A DNA stretch of 64,000 nt, from the NCBI GenBank assembly GCA_964016885.1, contig OZ024741.1, positions 265,050,001 to 265,114,000 of the forward strand. Direction: 5' to 3'. This stretch comes from Eledone cirrhosa. Lineage: Eukaryota. Positions within the stretch are counted from its first letter, which is position 1, and every line of letters begins with the position of its first letter. The position numbers were made by a program, and so were the translations under genes. This document shows positions 29,172-41,790 of the stretch, one piece after another. The notes beneath the pieces are model-generated. The model ran no database searches. It saw only the letters and a list, made by a program, of their open reading frames with translations, and had not been told where the DNA came from.

Positions 29172-29213
29172 GCCGCCATTATTGGCCGCCGTAACTATGG
29201 CAACAATATAAAA
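29172..29213 (+). promoter_or_regulatory. Promoter-like motif cluster: YY1-like, inverted CCAAT, RFX X-box, TATA-like
   Basis: gccgccatt (29172), attgg (29181), GTAACTATGGCAAC (29191-29204) and tataaaa lie within 42 bp of unique DNA. Confidence 0.4.
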
Positions 29214-29349
29214 TTGTAACAACTAGAAATAGAATTATAAAAGTCCATGACAACGAAACAATATGGCGATCAAATTAATGCTGCAACGAATGGAATAATC
29301 CAAAGACAAATATTACCATTTTATCCTTACATAAGAGGAGATTCTTAAC

Positions 29350-29532
29350 AAATGAAGGAGAAGATATTGTGATAATGTCGCGTTTTATAAAGACGGAGTA
29401 GAAGATTGTGATAATGTCCTGTTCTCTAAAGATGGGGGAGAAGATATTGTTATAATGTCTCATTTTCTAAAGATGGTGGATAAGATATTGTGATAATGTC
29501 TCGTTTTCTATAGATGGGGGGAAAGATATTGA
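29350..29532. repeat. Diverged 42-bp tandem repeat, about 4 copies
   Basis: gaagatattgtgataatgtc...aaagatgg units. Confidence 0.8.
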
Positions 29533-30450
29533 GTGATACTACAGTTGTCTATGAGTTACTGCAGTTGTCTTGAGTGACACTACATTTGTCTTGAGTGATA
29601 CTACAGTTGTCTTGAGTGACACTACATTTGTCTTGAGAGATACTACAGTTGACTTGAGACATACTACATTTGTCTTGAGAGATACTACAGTTGTCTTGAG
29701 ACATACTACGGTTGACTTGAGTGATACTACAGTTGTCTTGAGACATACTACATTTGTCTTGAGAGATACTACAATTGTCTTGAGACATACTACGGTTGAC
29801 TTGAGTGATACTACAGTTGTCTTGAGACATACTACAGTTGACTTGAGTGATACTACAGTTGTCTTGAGACATACTACATTTGTCTTGAAAGATACTACAA
29901 TTGTCTTGAGACATACTACAGTTGACTTGAGTGATACTACAGTTGTCTTGAGACATACTACATTTGTCTTGAGAGATACTACAATTGTCTTGAGACATAC
30001 TACAGTTGACTTGAGTGATACTACAATTGTCTTGAGACATAATACAGTTGACTTGAGTGATACTACAGTTGTCTTGAGACATACTACATTTGTCTTGAGA
30101 GATACTACAATTGTCTTGAGACATACTATAGTTGACTTGAGTGATACTACAGTTGTCTTGAGACATACTACATTTGTCTTGAGAGATACTACAGTTGTCT
30201 TGAGACATACTACAGTTGACTTGAGTGATACTACAGTTGTCTTGAGACATACTATAGTTGACTTGAGTGATGCTACAGTTGTATTGAGAGATACTACAGT
30301 TGTCTTGAGACATACTACAGTTGACTTGAGTGATACTACAGTTGTCTTGAGAGACACAACAGATGTCTTGAGAGTGATACTACGGTTGTCTTTAGAGACA
30401 CTACAGTTGTCTTGAGAGTGATACTACAGTTGTCTTTAGAGATACTACAG
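29533..30450. repeat. 21-bp minisatellite, about 43 copies, with alternating variants
   Basis: gatactacagttgtcttgaga / catactacagttgacttgagt / catactacatttgtcttgaga. Confidence 0.97.
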
Positions 30451-30534
30451 CCATATAACATATATGAGATCTCCAAACCTTTTTGACCATCGAACCCCTT
30501 CATGAACCTTGACCCCTGGCATTATTATAATTAT

Positions 30535-30730
30535 ATGGCGGTGGATTGGCAGTATCGGTAGAGGTTCGGACGCCATGCTTTGACGCATAGAGTTACGGCC
30601 CTTGCCATTCTGAGTTCAAATCCCGCCGAGGTTAACTTTGCCTTTCATCCTTACGGGGTCGATAAAATAAAGTACCAGTAATGTACTGGTTAATTTTCTG
30701 GCCTTGTGCCAATAGTAGAAACAATTATTA
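30535..30730 (+). mobile_element. tRNA-derived SINE, full length
   Basis: Complete head, core and tail. Confidence 0.92.
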
Positions 30731-30830
30731 TAATTATATTGTTTATTGTTCTCTGTTTTATTTGTTTACACAATCTTAACTCCTACTGTCCTTATTAAAG
30801 TTATCAAAGTTACTATTATATATATATATA

Positions 30831-30888
<58 letters not shown>

Positions 30889-31297
30889 TATATATATGTA
30901 TATATCAGTGGCGAAGGGTAACCTGGAAAGCAGGGCATGCAGTCCAATCGCCATGGCGGAAAGTGGAGCTTTGCAGCCTTACCCCACACCCCGCCACAAT
31001 TCCCTCTAAATGACCCTCCCGGTCAAAGCCGCATGTAGTGTTATCTAGTGTGTGTGTGTGTGTTATCTTTTTATGTGTCTACGATTTAGTAAGCAGTCAA
31101 AATTCTGCTTGCCCCAAAGCTGTCGTGTGTTTGTGTGTATGTGTGTGTGTGTGTGTGTGTGTGTTTTAGCATTTTTGTGTCTATACGTTTTAGTAAGCAG
31201 CCAAAATTCTGCTTGCTTCAACTGACGCAATTGATTAACTCAACATTCTATAACGCATGCACTGCATGCGTTGCATGCACGGACCCTTCGCCCCTGG

Positions 31298-31337
<40 letters not shown>

Positions 31338-31589
31338 AGTGTGTGTGTATGTGTGTGTGTGTGTGTGTGTAATGAAGAAAGTGTGGTAAGGAACCAGGTG
31401 GACCATAACGCACCAGGGTACTCGATACTTAGGGTAGTAGTGTGGGTAATAGAAAGAGTCAAAACCCCGACGTCTGAGCTCCGGCCGCTTCAACAGCTAG
31501 ATCTGAACACATTGATCAAGCTGTCGAAACGGCCGGAGCTCAGCTGTCGGGGTCTTGACACTTTTCCTATATATATACATATATTTATA

Positions 31590-32766
31590 CAATTTCACCG
31601 CCTCCGTCTCCGATTCTTCTGTCGCTTTTCTAGATATCTCTCTATCTTTTAATCACTCTCACCATACCCTCTCTACTTCCATCTTCATTAAACGAACAGA
31701 CTCCCAATCTTATCTCAACTTCACCTCCTCCCATCCAGACTTCACCCCTCCCATCCAGCCTACACCAAACACTCCATACCCTATTCCCAATTCATCCGTC
31801 TTTGTCGACTCTGTAGCCCGGATGACGATTTCGAAACCCATTCTCTTCGCATGGCTTCCTGCTTCATCCAGCGTGGATATCCCCCCCCCCCCCTCCACTT
31901 TATCCAAGTTGCTCTCACCCGCGCCCGTGAAACAGACCACACCACAGCCCTCTCACCTCAGCCCCCGCTCTCCTAACACCCGTGTTCCTTTCCCTCTCAC
32001 CTACCACCCCATCACCCTACCACTCCGGCGACATATCCTCCGTTCCTTCTGTATCCTCTCTTCTCGCTTTTTTTAAAACCCACCCATTACTGCTTTTAAG
32101 CGCACCCGCAACTCCACGACCTCCTGGTTCGCAGTTCCTTTTCGTCCTCTCCCACGACTCCACCCGGCTTTCATCCTTGTTCCGGTCCCGCTGCAACACT
32201 TGTCCCTTTATTTCCACCCTCACCACTCTTACAGGCCCTAACGGGTTTTCCGTATCCGCCATTCCTTCACCTGCACATCCACCTACGTTGTCTACGCCCT
32301 CCAGTGTTCCCTTTGCGGGTCTTTATATATCGGACAAACGGGACGCCATATGGCGGACCGTTTTGACGAACATTTGAGGGACATACGACTCGGTTTGGAT
32401 ACTCCTGTCGCCCGTCATTTCTGTTCTTCCGGTCATTCTTCCCTACATGTTTCAGTCCTGAGGGTCCTTTTACATCACGGATCACAGGCCTCGCGCACCA
32501 GGACTGAACAAAGTATGATTCACCGTCTTGGGTCCTATTACTCTCTTGGACTCAACTCACCTCCCCAATTTCTCTAATGTCCATTATCACACCCTAGATT
32601 CCTATCGCTTTCTCTTGATCATTAGCAGTTTCTCTTACAACTAATACATGCCGATACGCACCCTTATATTAACATACTTTTGCTCATAGCTTCGTATTTA
32701 CATGCACACACACTCTTTTACTCACATATACACACACATTTCTTCTTAGCTTCGTACGGACCTATA

Positions 32767-32863
<97 letters not shown>

Positions 32864-33220
32864 GCTTACGCACGTGCTCAAGTATAGCTCTTTTTACAAA
32901 ACGTTTTTTTTTTTTCATTTCAGATAGACGCCTGCCATCATCCACTTTTCTAAAAAACAAATCATACACAAAACACCTGCACCAACAGTTTGCAAAAGAT
33001 GTCAACATGAATGGACGTGTTATTTTTATCTAAAGACATTTTTTCCAATTCCACCCCACCTGTCCCCTCAATCTATTTTATTTCTCATTCTTTCTTCTGA
33101 TGAAGGACTAGCGTCCGAAATGTTAACACCCTCTTCCTGCTATATCAAGCGCGTTAAGCTAATATATACCTTCCATATACTGTACCGATTGTGTTGTTAT
33201 TTCTGTTTAGCTTTTACATA
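31590..33220 (+). mobile_element. Penelope-like retroelement (Neptune-type), 5'-truncated and frameshifted; coding remnant 31590-32577, pLTR-like 3' region to about 33220
   Basis: RT end VAFLDISL...YLNFTSSHP, SIPYSQF.RL.R.CS, then a Cys linker (RCNTCPFI), then GIY-YIG FTCTSTYVVY..QC..C..LYIGQTGR...RFDEH...VARHF...GLN. Confidence 0.92.
33097..33125 (+). ncRNA. PLE minimal hammerhead in the 3' pLTR
   Basis: CTGATGA-aggac tagc gtcc-GAAA-tgtt, downstream of the GIY-YIG ORF where PLE hammerheads are expected. Confidence 0.75.
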
Positions 33221-33263
33221 TATATATATGTCCCATGGTTCTGATACCATCAAGAACTGACTA

Positions 33264-33319
33264 GCTGCCTGATGAGGTCATAGCCATTCAATGGCTATCA
33301 TCGAAATATATATAGCAGT
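33264..33319 (+). ncRNA. Type I hammerhead ribozyme
   Basis: gctgc-CTGATGA-ggtc atagccat tca atggctat catc-GAAA-tatatat-A-gcagt. Confidence 0.82.
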
Positions 33320-33360
33320 AAATAAAGGATTATGAGTTCATGCAATTGACTTAGGTTTCG

Positions 33361-33416
<56 letters not shown>

Positions 33417-33465
33417 TATATTTCTGGCGGGATCGCTTTGGAAAATTAACTGTCCTATTGAGTTT

Positions 33466-33542
33466 GTCTCCTGATGAGTTCGATACTCGAGATTTATCCT
33501 TAATAGGATATCTCAAAATACGAACGAAACCATGGTAGAGAT
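33466..33542 (+). ncRNA. Type I hammerhead with 48-nt stem II domain
   Basis: gtctc-CTGATGA-gttcg..gagat..atcct taat aggat atctc..cgaac-GAAA-ccatggt-A-gagat. Palindromic stem III ACCATGGT, GUA triplet. Confidence 0.85.
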
Positions 33543-33823
33543 ATAATTACGGTATCTACACATTTCTTCTAACTTTAAATTTATACCTAATTGTGTATGG
33601 TTGACGATATATTTGGTCAGTTTCTACATGCTGTTGAAATGTTGGGTAAATACTCTATTGTGGTCAATCGCGAAGAGGCTGCTTTCGGTTATTTATCAAA
33701 TATTTCTTCACAGGAGCCTTTATTCTTATAGCCTGGTCTAATTGAATTTTTATATGGTTAATTATGCTAATTGGGAGAGGAAATTGTATATATTTTATCT
33801 AATAATTCTAAGGACATGATTTA

Positions 33824-33857
<34 letters not shown>

Positions 33858-33919
33858 GAGTGAAATTTGGGAGTGAAATTTTAGTAAGTAAGTTAATTTT
33901 ATAATTTTCTTATTTTACG

Positions 33920-34005
<86 letters not shown>

Positions 34006-35605
34006 TTCTATTCTACTATTTTATTATATATATTATATATATATTATTTTATTATTTTATACCTTTTATTCTATAAATTTTTCTATTTCGTTGTATTGTT
34101 TTTATATATTATATTGTATTTTTTTATATATGTTATTGCATTTATGTATTTTTTCCTCTAATCGAAATTTCATGTTTTAGTCCTAAAAGTTCAGCCGACC
34201 CACTGACTCGTCTTATTGATCTGTGACAGTCAGTATTGATCATTTTGAGGACCTCTGATTTAACCAATAAGATAAATCAATAACGTGTAATATAATCTAC
34301 ACTTAGTAAGAAATATTGAGATTTGTTTTTCTCCAAATATTTATAATTCTGAGACTGGCAATACAAAAACCTTAAGAATACCCAGATCTTTTCTTGCTAT
34401 TTTTCTACGTGTCTCCTTTCTGAACAATCGAGAGGGTGGGGGCTTACAATAGTCGCTAACTCTGCTAGAAATAGCAGCCAAGTTAATTTGAAAATCTCCC
34501 TTCAATCTTAAAATAAAACAAAAAGAGGTAGAATACATTGAAAATTGTAGGCGAAGATATTTTAAAAGATGAAAGGTTGAAACATTCTGAGGAATCAGAG
34601 CTGGTGTAGGTCTAAACATCTGTAACGAGAATATAGTAGATGATATAGTGACATATACCTCCTCAGCCCCACCCAAAAAGATGTGATGATCACCTCTGAA
34701 ATGACCTGGATTATAGGTTTGCTTGTTCGGGATATATTTAGGCTAAACAACACCAACAATGATCATTGATTACGAGACAAAAAGGGAGTCTCTAAGGACC
34801 TAGGTTCTCAACCTTATTTTTGCTGCATGCATCCCCAAGACATCCTGATTTTTCAAATGCCTTCCCCTCTCCCACGTTATATTATTGATATTTATATAAG
34901 TAGATAAACATATTTAAAAAAGACAGCACGACAACGGATGTTACAAATGAATACAAAAAGATTTATTTGGGTTTGTTTATTTTTGGTAAATGTACAGAAA
35001 ATAACTTAAATACTGCGTAATTGTGGTAAACAGATTGTAATTGGGATCGATTGACATGCTAGAAATAACAGCCAAATCTCCTTCAAATTGAAGATTTGAA
35101 ATTCCAGATATACAGTCTGAATAAACAAGGACGGGGTAATCACGGTTGAAACAGCTTTGATAACGGAGTTGTATTGGGACTAGAAAATAATTGTTTCTAC
35201 TTTTGGCACAAGGCCAGCAATTCCCAGTGTATTACTGGTACTTTAGGAAATAATGAATATAAATGTGTCTCTATTCAACGAACCAACGAGAAAGTTTATA
35301 GGTGTTTACTCGACCTGCTAGAAATAGCAGCCATTTCTCCTCAAAAACACGCCTTACACTCTTAAAACAAGAAAGGATACATTGGAAAAAAGGTCCTAGA
35401 TATTTTGTGTCTGGAATAAATACCGATTATCATGGTTTGAGTGGTTTTGATCATATGCCTGCTCAATGTTGACTGACCTCAGAATGAATAACAACACGAA
35501 AGGTAGATTTTATTTTCTTCTCTGTTAAATCTTGAGATGATGTTAGAAGTTAATGATATAGAGTTTGTCTGTTCAAGGGAAAACCTTTTACAGTTAATGT
35601 GGTGT

Positions 35606-35673
<68 letters not shown>

Positions 35674-35774
35674 AGGTTCGAACACAATGGAACCAAACTC
35701 CCACTGTCACTGCCACCGTCTCTCCCACTCTCGCCATCTCTCACTATTATGAGCAAATGGGGGCCCACGCGTTG

Positions 35775-35975
35775 GCCCGGTGGACAGAATAGAGAAGACG
35801 TTTCCCCGAAGGATGGTGAAGGAGACGAGCTGGAAATGCCATTCTAGCTCGCGAGGCTCACACCTGCAGGTAGCCAATTCTGTGCTAATGGTGGTGAATA
35901 GGGAGGTGGTCCTAGGGCCAAGGACACCAGAAGTCTCCATTGCTAGGGTCTCGACTACAAACCTGTCGGAGTGCG
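35775..35975 (-). mobile_element. CRE-like (restriction-like endonuclease) LINE C-terminal remnant
   Basis: METSGVLGP...EPRELEWHFQLVSFTILRGN resembles the ET.G..GP...PRE..W..QR.S.AI.RGN end of CRE elements. Confidence 0.65.
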
Positions 35976-36396
35976 ACCGAGCAGTTGTGACTTATAGATT
36001 CATATCAATTGAACAGGTTCGATTAAAAGAAAATTATTTACAATGTTAGATTGAAAATATCTACTAATTAAAAATATATGATAGAAAATGTTGGAAAATA
36101 TTCAACCAGAGTGACAAATGTTCCAATTATAGAATGCTTGATTTAAAAATATTTAAATAAAATTATTTTGATGTTTTGCACAAAATTTTCCGAATGAAAA
36201 TCCTACATTAAAAATATTTAATTACATTTTTTAATTTCATTTAGATCGTCTAATTAGTACTGGTTAGTTGTGATATGTTTGATCGACAATATATAAACTT
36301 GGTTAATAAATAGAATTACATGAGAGAGATCGTCTGATTGAAAATGTCATAGAGAAAGCATTTTATCGATTTTTTTATCGATTTAGGATGTTTTGT

Positions 36397-36822
36397 CGGT
36401 CCCGGTAAAATAGACCCTCAGACTATTTTGCCGGTAAGAGTGTCAGACGCCATGGTTTGCAGCATAGAGTTGCGGTTCTTTACAGTCTGAGTTCAAATCC
36501 GCCGAGGTTAGCTTTGCCTTTCATCCTTACAGGGTCGATAAAATAAAGTACCAGTAATACACTGGTGTCGATTTAATTAACTTTCCCCTCTCCCAAAATT
36601 GTTGGCCTTGTGCTTAAATCAGAAACCATTATTATGAAGGCAGATAATGTTAAAAATAACAACACACAGATTTAACACAGAAGTTTATTTATTTTCACCA
36701 CCAATTATTAAGACAATTTAAACCATAACCCTAACCCTAACCGAAACCGAAACCGAAATCCAATACTATCACTATTTATATTTACCAGTAAAATAACCAG
36801 GGGGTCTATTTTACCGGAACCG
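36397..36822. mobile_element. TIR MITE with internal TAACCC repeats and a nested SINE (36430-36633)
   Basis: cggtcccggtaaaatagaccc / gggtctattttaccggaaccg, flanked by gt on both sides. Confidence 0.65.
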
Positions 36823-36984
36823 GTAAAATAAGTTTAAAAGGCATGTTTGTCTATTTTACCGGGACCGGCAAAGTAGTCTATTCGTTTGTTTAATGAAAAT
36901 ATTTCGACAGAAATGTTGGAGGAAAATAATAATAAATGAATCTAGAATCTAGCCAGACGTTTTCAGATCAATGCCAACTAGAAT

Positions 36985-37140
36985 TTAGGTTATTCTGTCG
37001 AGATCTCAGATGTCCTCGGTCACCTCACTCCTGATTTCCTTCGTAAGATTGGAAACGACACCAACCCGCCTGAGGACAGAGCCCCCTGAGGTGGTCTGGC
37101 TGTTGCAGCGTGTGACTCTGGCCATTCTCTGAAGTAGTAA
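36985..37140 (+). mobile_element. Second CRE-like C-terminal remnant
   Basis: SVEISDVLGHLTPDFLRKIG...EVVWLLQRVTLAIL, with a frameshift. Confidence 0.55.
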
Positions 37141-37736
37141 GTACCCTTTGACATTTTATTCGGGGGGGGGGGGCAGCTGAAACACCACCCAAACTGAGGT
37201 GTAGAGCCTGTTGCCCCCTCCCCCTCTTCCTTTCTTTCGTTGCTTAATTTCTTTCTCTTTTTTTCTTACTCTTTTTCTTATTTTCCTCTCTTTTTTTTTT
37301 GTTTCCATATTGACATGTATATTTTGCAGTTCTTTTTTACAAATGGATATTTTGTATTTAGATAATCAAAAAAAGATTCAATATTTTTAATGTGAGATTT
37401 TCATTCGGAAATTTTTGTACAAAACATTTAAATAATTTTATTTAAATATTTTCAAATCAAGCATTCTATAATCCACAATAGCTGGAATATTTTCACTGTG
37501 GTTGAATATTTTCCGACATTTTCAATCATATATTTTCAATTATTAGATATTTTCAATCTAACATTGTAAATATTTTTTTAAAGCGAACTTGTTCTATAAT
37601 ATTTTAACATCATAGTATTACCGCTAAAACCAACAACAAAAAGATAAATAAACTGACCGCCGGTCTAAAAATTCACTACTAAATACAATTTTGACAAACG
37701 ATACTAACAAATGTTATTGTGTAATATTTTTTACAG

Positions 37737-37872
37737 CACAGTGAATTTGCAGCTCTGTAAATGGTGGCTGGAAGTTGTGCAGCGAACATCTTAGGAGTAC
37801 TACTACAGCTGTCAGCTGGGGAAGAAAGGATGGTGTCGCAGACAATTGAATCAAATAATAAACATACGAAAG
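37737..37872 (+). other. Candidate exon, possibly start-codon exon (ATG 37761: MVAGSCAANILGVLLQLSAGEERMVSQTIESNNKHTK)
   Basis: Perfect TACTAAC branch point at 37702-08, ttttttacag acceptor, aag|gttaag donor; open from the ATG to the donor. Confidence 0.45.
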
Positions 37873-38503
37873 GTTAAGACGTGTCATTTCTGCTACTAAT
37901 TGAAGATGTAAGACATCATACAAGGAGTTAAGACGTGTCATTTCTGCTACTAATTGAACATATAAGACATCGTACGAAGAGTTAAGACGTGTCATTTCTG
38001 CTACTAATTGAACATATAAGACATCATACGAAGAGTTAAGACGTGTCATTTCTGCTACTAATTGAACATATAAGACATCATACGAAGAGTTAAGACGTGT
38101 CATTTCTGCTACTAATTGAACATATAAGACATCATACAAGGAGTTAAGACGTGTCATTTCTGCTACTAATTGAACATATAAGACATCATACGAAGAGTTA
38201 AGACGTGTCATTTCTGCTACTAATTGAACATATAAGACATCATACGAAGAGTTAAGACGTGTCATTTCTGCTACTAATTGAACATATAAGACATCATACG
38301 AAGAGTTAAGACGTGTCATTTCTGCTACTAATTGAACATATAAGACATCGTACGAAGAGTTAAGACGTGTCATTTCTGCTACTAATTGAACATATAAGAC
38401 ATCGTACGAAGAGTTAAGACGTGTCATTTCTGCTACTAATTGAACATATAAGACATCGTACGAAGAGTTAAGACGTGTCATTTATGCTACTAATTGAACA
38501 TAT
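37866..38503. repeat. 54-bp minisatellite, about 12 copies
   Basis: gttaagacgtgtcatttctgctactaattgaacatataagacatcatacgaaga. Confidence 0.97.
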
Positions 38504-38674
38504 AGTGGGTAATAGGAAAAGGTATGACCCCGATGGCAGAGCTCAAGCCGTTTCGACGGCTATTTAGTCCAGAAATAGCTGTCGAAACTGCTTGAGCTCT
38601 GCCGTCGGGGTCATACCTTTTCCTATATATATACATATATATATAATTATATTATATTATGTGTTTGTATATCA

Positions 38675-38734
<60 letters not shown>

Positions 38735-39006
38735 ATATATATATATTATATCATATGTGTGCATATCAGTGTGTGTGTGTGTATATATATATTCAATAAA
38801 CATACGATATATATACACACACATAATATAATATAATTTATCTGCAAACAACACACACACACCACACATATGTCTGGATGCCTGGCTGTGTATGTGTGTG
38901 TGTATCTATGGATATATGTGTGAATATCACCTGGTAGTGTGTGTATCACCATGTTTGAATAAATTTGACTAAATTTGTTATTATGCATGACGGGAAATTT
39001 ACATAT

Positions 39007-39050
<44 letters not shown>

Positions 39051-39248
39051 CGAAGGAAATGTGGTAAGGAACCAGGTGGACCATAACGCACCAAAGTACT
39101 CAATACTTAGGGTAGTAGAGTGGGTAATAGGAACGAGTAGGACCCCGACGGCTGAGCTCAAGCCGTTTCGACGGCTAATTCTGGACTCATTGTGTCCAGA
39201 ATTAGCCGTCTAAACGGCTTCAGCTCAGCCGTCGGGGTCCTACTCGTT

Positions 39249-39317
<69 letters not shown>

Positions 39318-39323
<6 letters not shown>

Positions 39324-39664
39324 ATACTTGGGGAGGGTCATATTTGTGTAATATTGCCAGAATTAATAACAGAACACACTCACTGTTTGGTTGGTTTTCG
39401 CTTCTCGCTTCTGTGTCTTTTATATCGGTAATCTAACTTACTCGGTCCTCAATGTTGCCATTGATATATATGTGTTTGTGTCTATATTGTATCTGTATTA
39501 TTTTTGACCGCCGGTCAGTCAATGGCAACATTGAGGACCGAGTAAGTTAGATTACCGATATAAAAGACACAGAAGCGAGAAGCGAAAACCAACCAAACAG
39601 TGAGTGTGTTCTGTTATTAATTCTGGCAATATTACACAAATATGACCCTTCCCAAGTATAACAA
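39318..39664. repeat. Fold-back with about 145-bp near-perfect arms
   Basis: ttgttatacttgggga...gttgccattga [about 55 nt] tcaatggcaac...cccaagtataacaa. Confidence 0.92.
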
Positions 39665-39718
39665 TATTTGTTTCAACACACGATTTCATATAAAAAACCT
39701 CGCAAAACTAATTCATCG

Positions 39719-39765
<47 letters not shown>

Positions 39766-40166
39766 AATTTGTATATCTACCAACATATATATACAGATGC
39801 ATACCTATGCTAGCAAATATATAGGTTTTGTCTTAGTAACTTTGTGGTTCAATGCAAGGGGATGCAGAACAACTATATGAAAGACGTAAAATAAGAAAAT
39901 TATAAAAATTAACTTACTTACTAAGTAAGTTAATTTTCTTATTTTACGTCTTTCATATATATATATTTTCTATCGTTGCTTTGGTATATATTGTGTGTTA
40001 GTTTTGCCTACCACAATGTTCGATTTGTCAAGCTATTTAAACGTATGTTATTACTCTGAGGTCCTATCTTACCGAGTGCTTTGCTAACTCATCATTTCAT
40101 ATAAGCAGGCCGAATTTACTTGCAAACCGCCAGAGATTCGATTTTACTGATTTCCAATTATATATA

Positions 40167-40205
<39 letters not shown>

Positions 40206-40278
40206 GGTATAGAAAACATTGTAGCAAAAAGCCAACAGTATTCCATAATATATAAGTGACTATATGTATATATATATG

Positions 40279-40309
<31 letters not shown>

Positions 40310-40605
40310 GGGGGGGGAGATGTGTGTATATGTGGTTGTATGCATGTATATATTTACATAAATAAAATATATATAAAATATATATATGTTTGTATGCATG
40401 CATCTCAGTCTGTTTGCCAGTCTCTCTGTTTGTCTATCTGTCTGTCTGTCTGTCTGTCTGTATGTATGTATGTATGTATGTATGTATGTATGTATCTCGA
40501 AAGCGCGCTGCGTCGTCAGCGCGTTCGGGGCGACGGCGCCGTTGTCGTTCGCGCGCCGCGCGTCGACTTCGGTCGTCCGTTCGCACTCCCGGCCCTATTA
40601 TATGT

Positions 40606-41213
40606 CAGGTCACCAGTTGGTGCTACTGGTAACATGTATCCCAGTACAACCTGTCTCATGGTCGGGTCGTTGGCGACTAAACTGGCAACCCCACCAAGGT
40701 TTCTTGGTGAGGAGGGTGACTTTGGACATCCTGCAGGACTAAAAACAAAACCTGTCAAAGGGCAAAGAAGCTCTTAAGAGTCAATGGCCATCCAAAACCA
40801 CCGGGAGAGATGACCCCTTAGCCTTTGTCAAGGCAGAATTCTAGGAGAAGGAAAACTCTGATATAACACCTGCAACCCTGATGGTATCCAATGATGTTGA
40901 CTTGTTCTTCTTTTTGGTAAATATCATCTTGGTTAAGAGAGTGGGACTGGCTTTGTGCAGTGCCTTTGCTCACTATAAAAGCTTCACGGCACAGGCATTG
41001 CTTTATATCTGGAGATCTCTCTGCACTTGTCGTGACATGGTACCATGGGCCCAGCACTATGTGTCAATAATTGTCACAAGTGTAGTGTTTGTACCAGAGT
41101 TTTCAAGTCGCTGGCTGGACTAAAATGTCACACTCGTTCAGCACATCGGTAGGAGTTCTCCTACATGGATATAAAGTAGTGGCCGTACTCGAAAACGAGT
41201 TGGCAGCCACCAT
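40606..41213 (+). mobile_element. Non-autonomous RTE-derived retroposon, copy 1 (5'UTR fused to 3' end)
   Basis: RTE 5'UTR-like ggagaaggaaaactctgat; terminal C2H2 remnant KCSVCTRVFKSLAGLKCHTRSAHR*; hairpin ctcgaaaacgag; (TATG)n tail. Confidence 0.75.
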
Positions 41214-41229
41214 GTATGTATGTATATGG

Positions 41230-41790
41230 GAGTGAAGGACCCCTAGCCTTTGTCAGGGCATTCTTCTAGGAGAAGGCAACTCAGGAAACTGGGATAACTC
41301 TGATATAAAACCTGCGGCTCAGTAGTTACCGATGATGTTGATCTCTTCTTCTTTTCGGGTTATAGCTACTGTCGCTCAGAGAGTGGGATTGGCTCAGTGC
41401 ACAGTCTTCCCTCACTTTAAAAAATATCGTCACGCACAGGCATTGCATGATAGAATTAATTAATTGTTTCTACTTTAGGCACAAGGCCAGCAATTACCCA
41501 GTGCATTACTGGTAAATTATTAATAATGGTATATCGTGCAATGGCCATACTCGATAACGAGGGGGCAGCCATCATGTATACGTGTATGTATGGAGATGCT
41601 ACTCATCATGCTTGCCAAGCATGTGGTAGAGAATGTAAATCAGCAGGAGGGCTCAAGCGTATGCAAAAGTACACGAACTCCAACCACAGCCGGCTATTCC
41701 CAGTGAATGTCTTGGTTGCCGACTCTGTGCAAGACATTTTAGATCATTGGCTGGGCTAAAAAGCCACATTCGATCGCAGCGCTGTTAGTT
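41230..41790 (+). mobile_element. Fragments of a sister RTE-derived family
   Basis: Homologous 5' segment plus C2H2 remnants CQACGRECKSAGGLKR and ...SLAGLKSHIRS. Its 40-bp 3' end recurs at 41538, 42068 and 42270. Confidence 0.6.

Larger units (their letters stand above)
36011..37595. mobile_element. Old fold-back element with about 200-bp diverged inverted ends (36011-36220 / 37380-37595) and nested insertions
   Basis: tttacaatgttagattgaaaatatcta / tagatattttcaatctaacattgtaaa, and further paired blocks. Confidence 0.75.

Noticed and set aside
29539-30415. Heptad-repeat ORFs on both strands
   Set aside because: A by-product of the 21-bp minisatellite.
36727-36742. Telomeric TAACCC repeats
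   Set aside because: Only about 2.5 copies, internal to a MITE.
37714-38481. 255-aa minus-strand repeat protein
   Set aside because: A translation of the 54-bp array; splice signals favour the plus strand.
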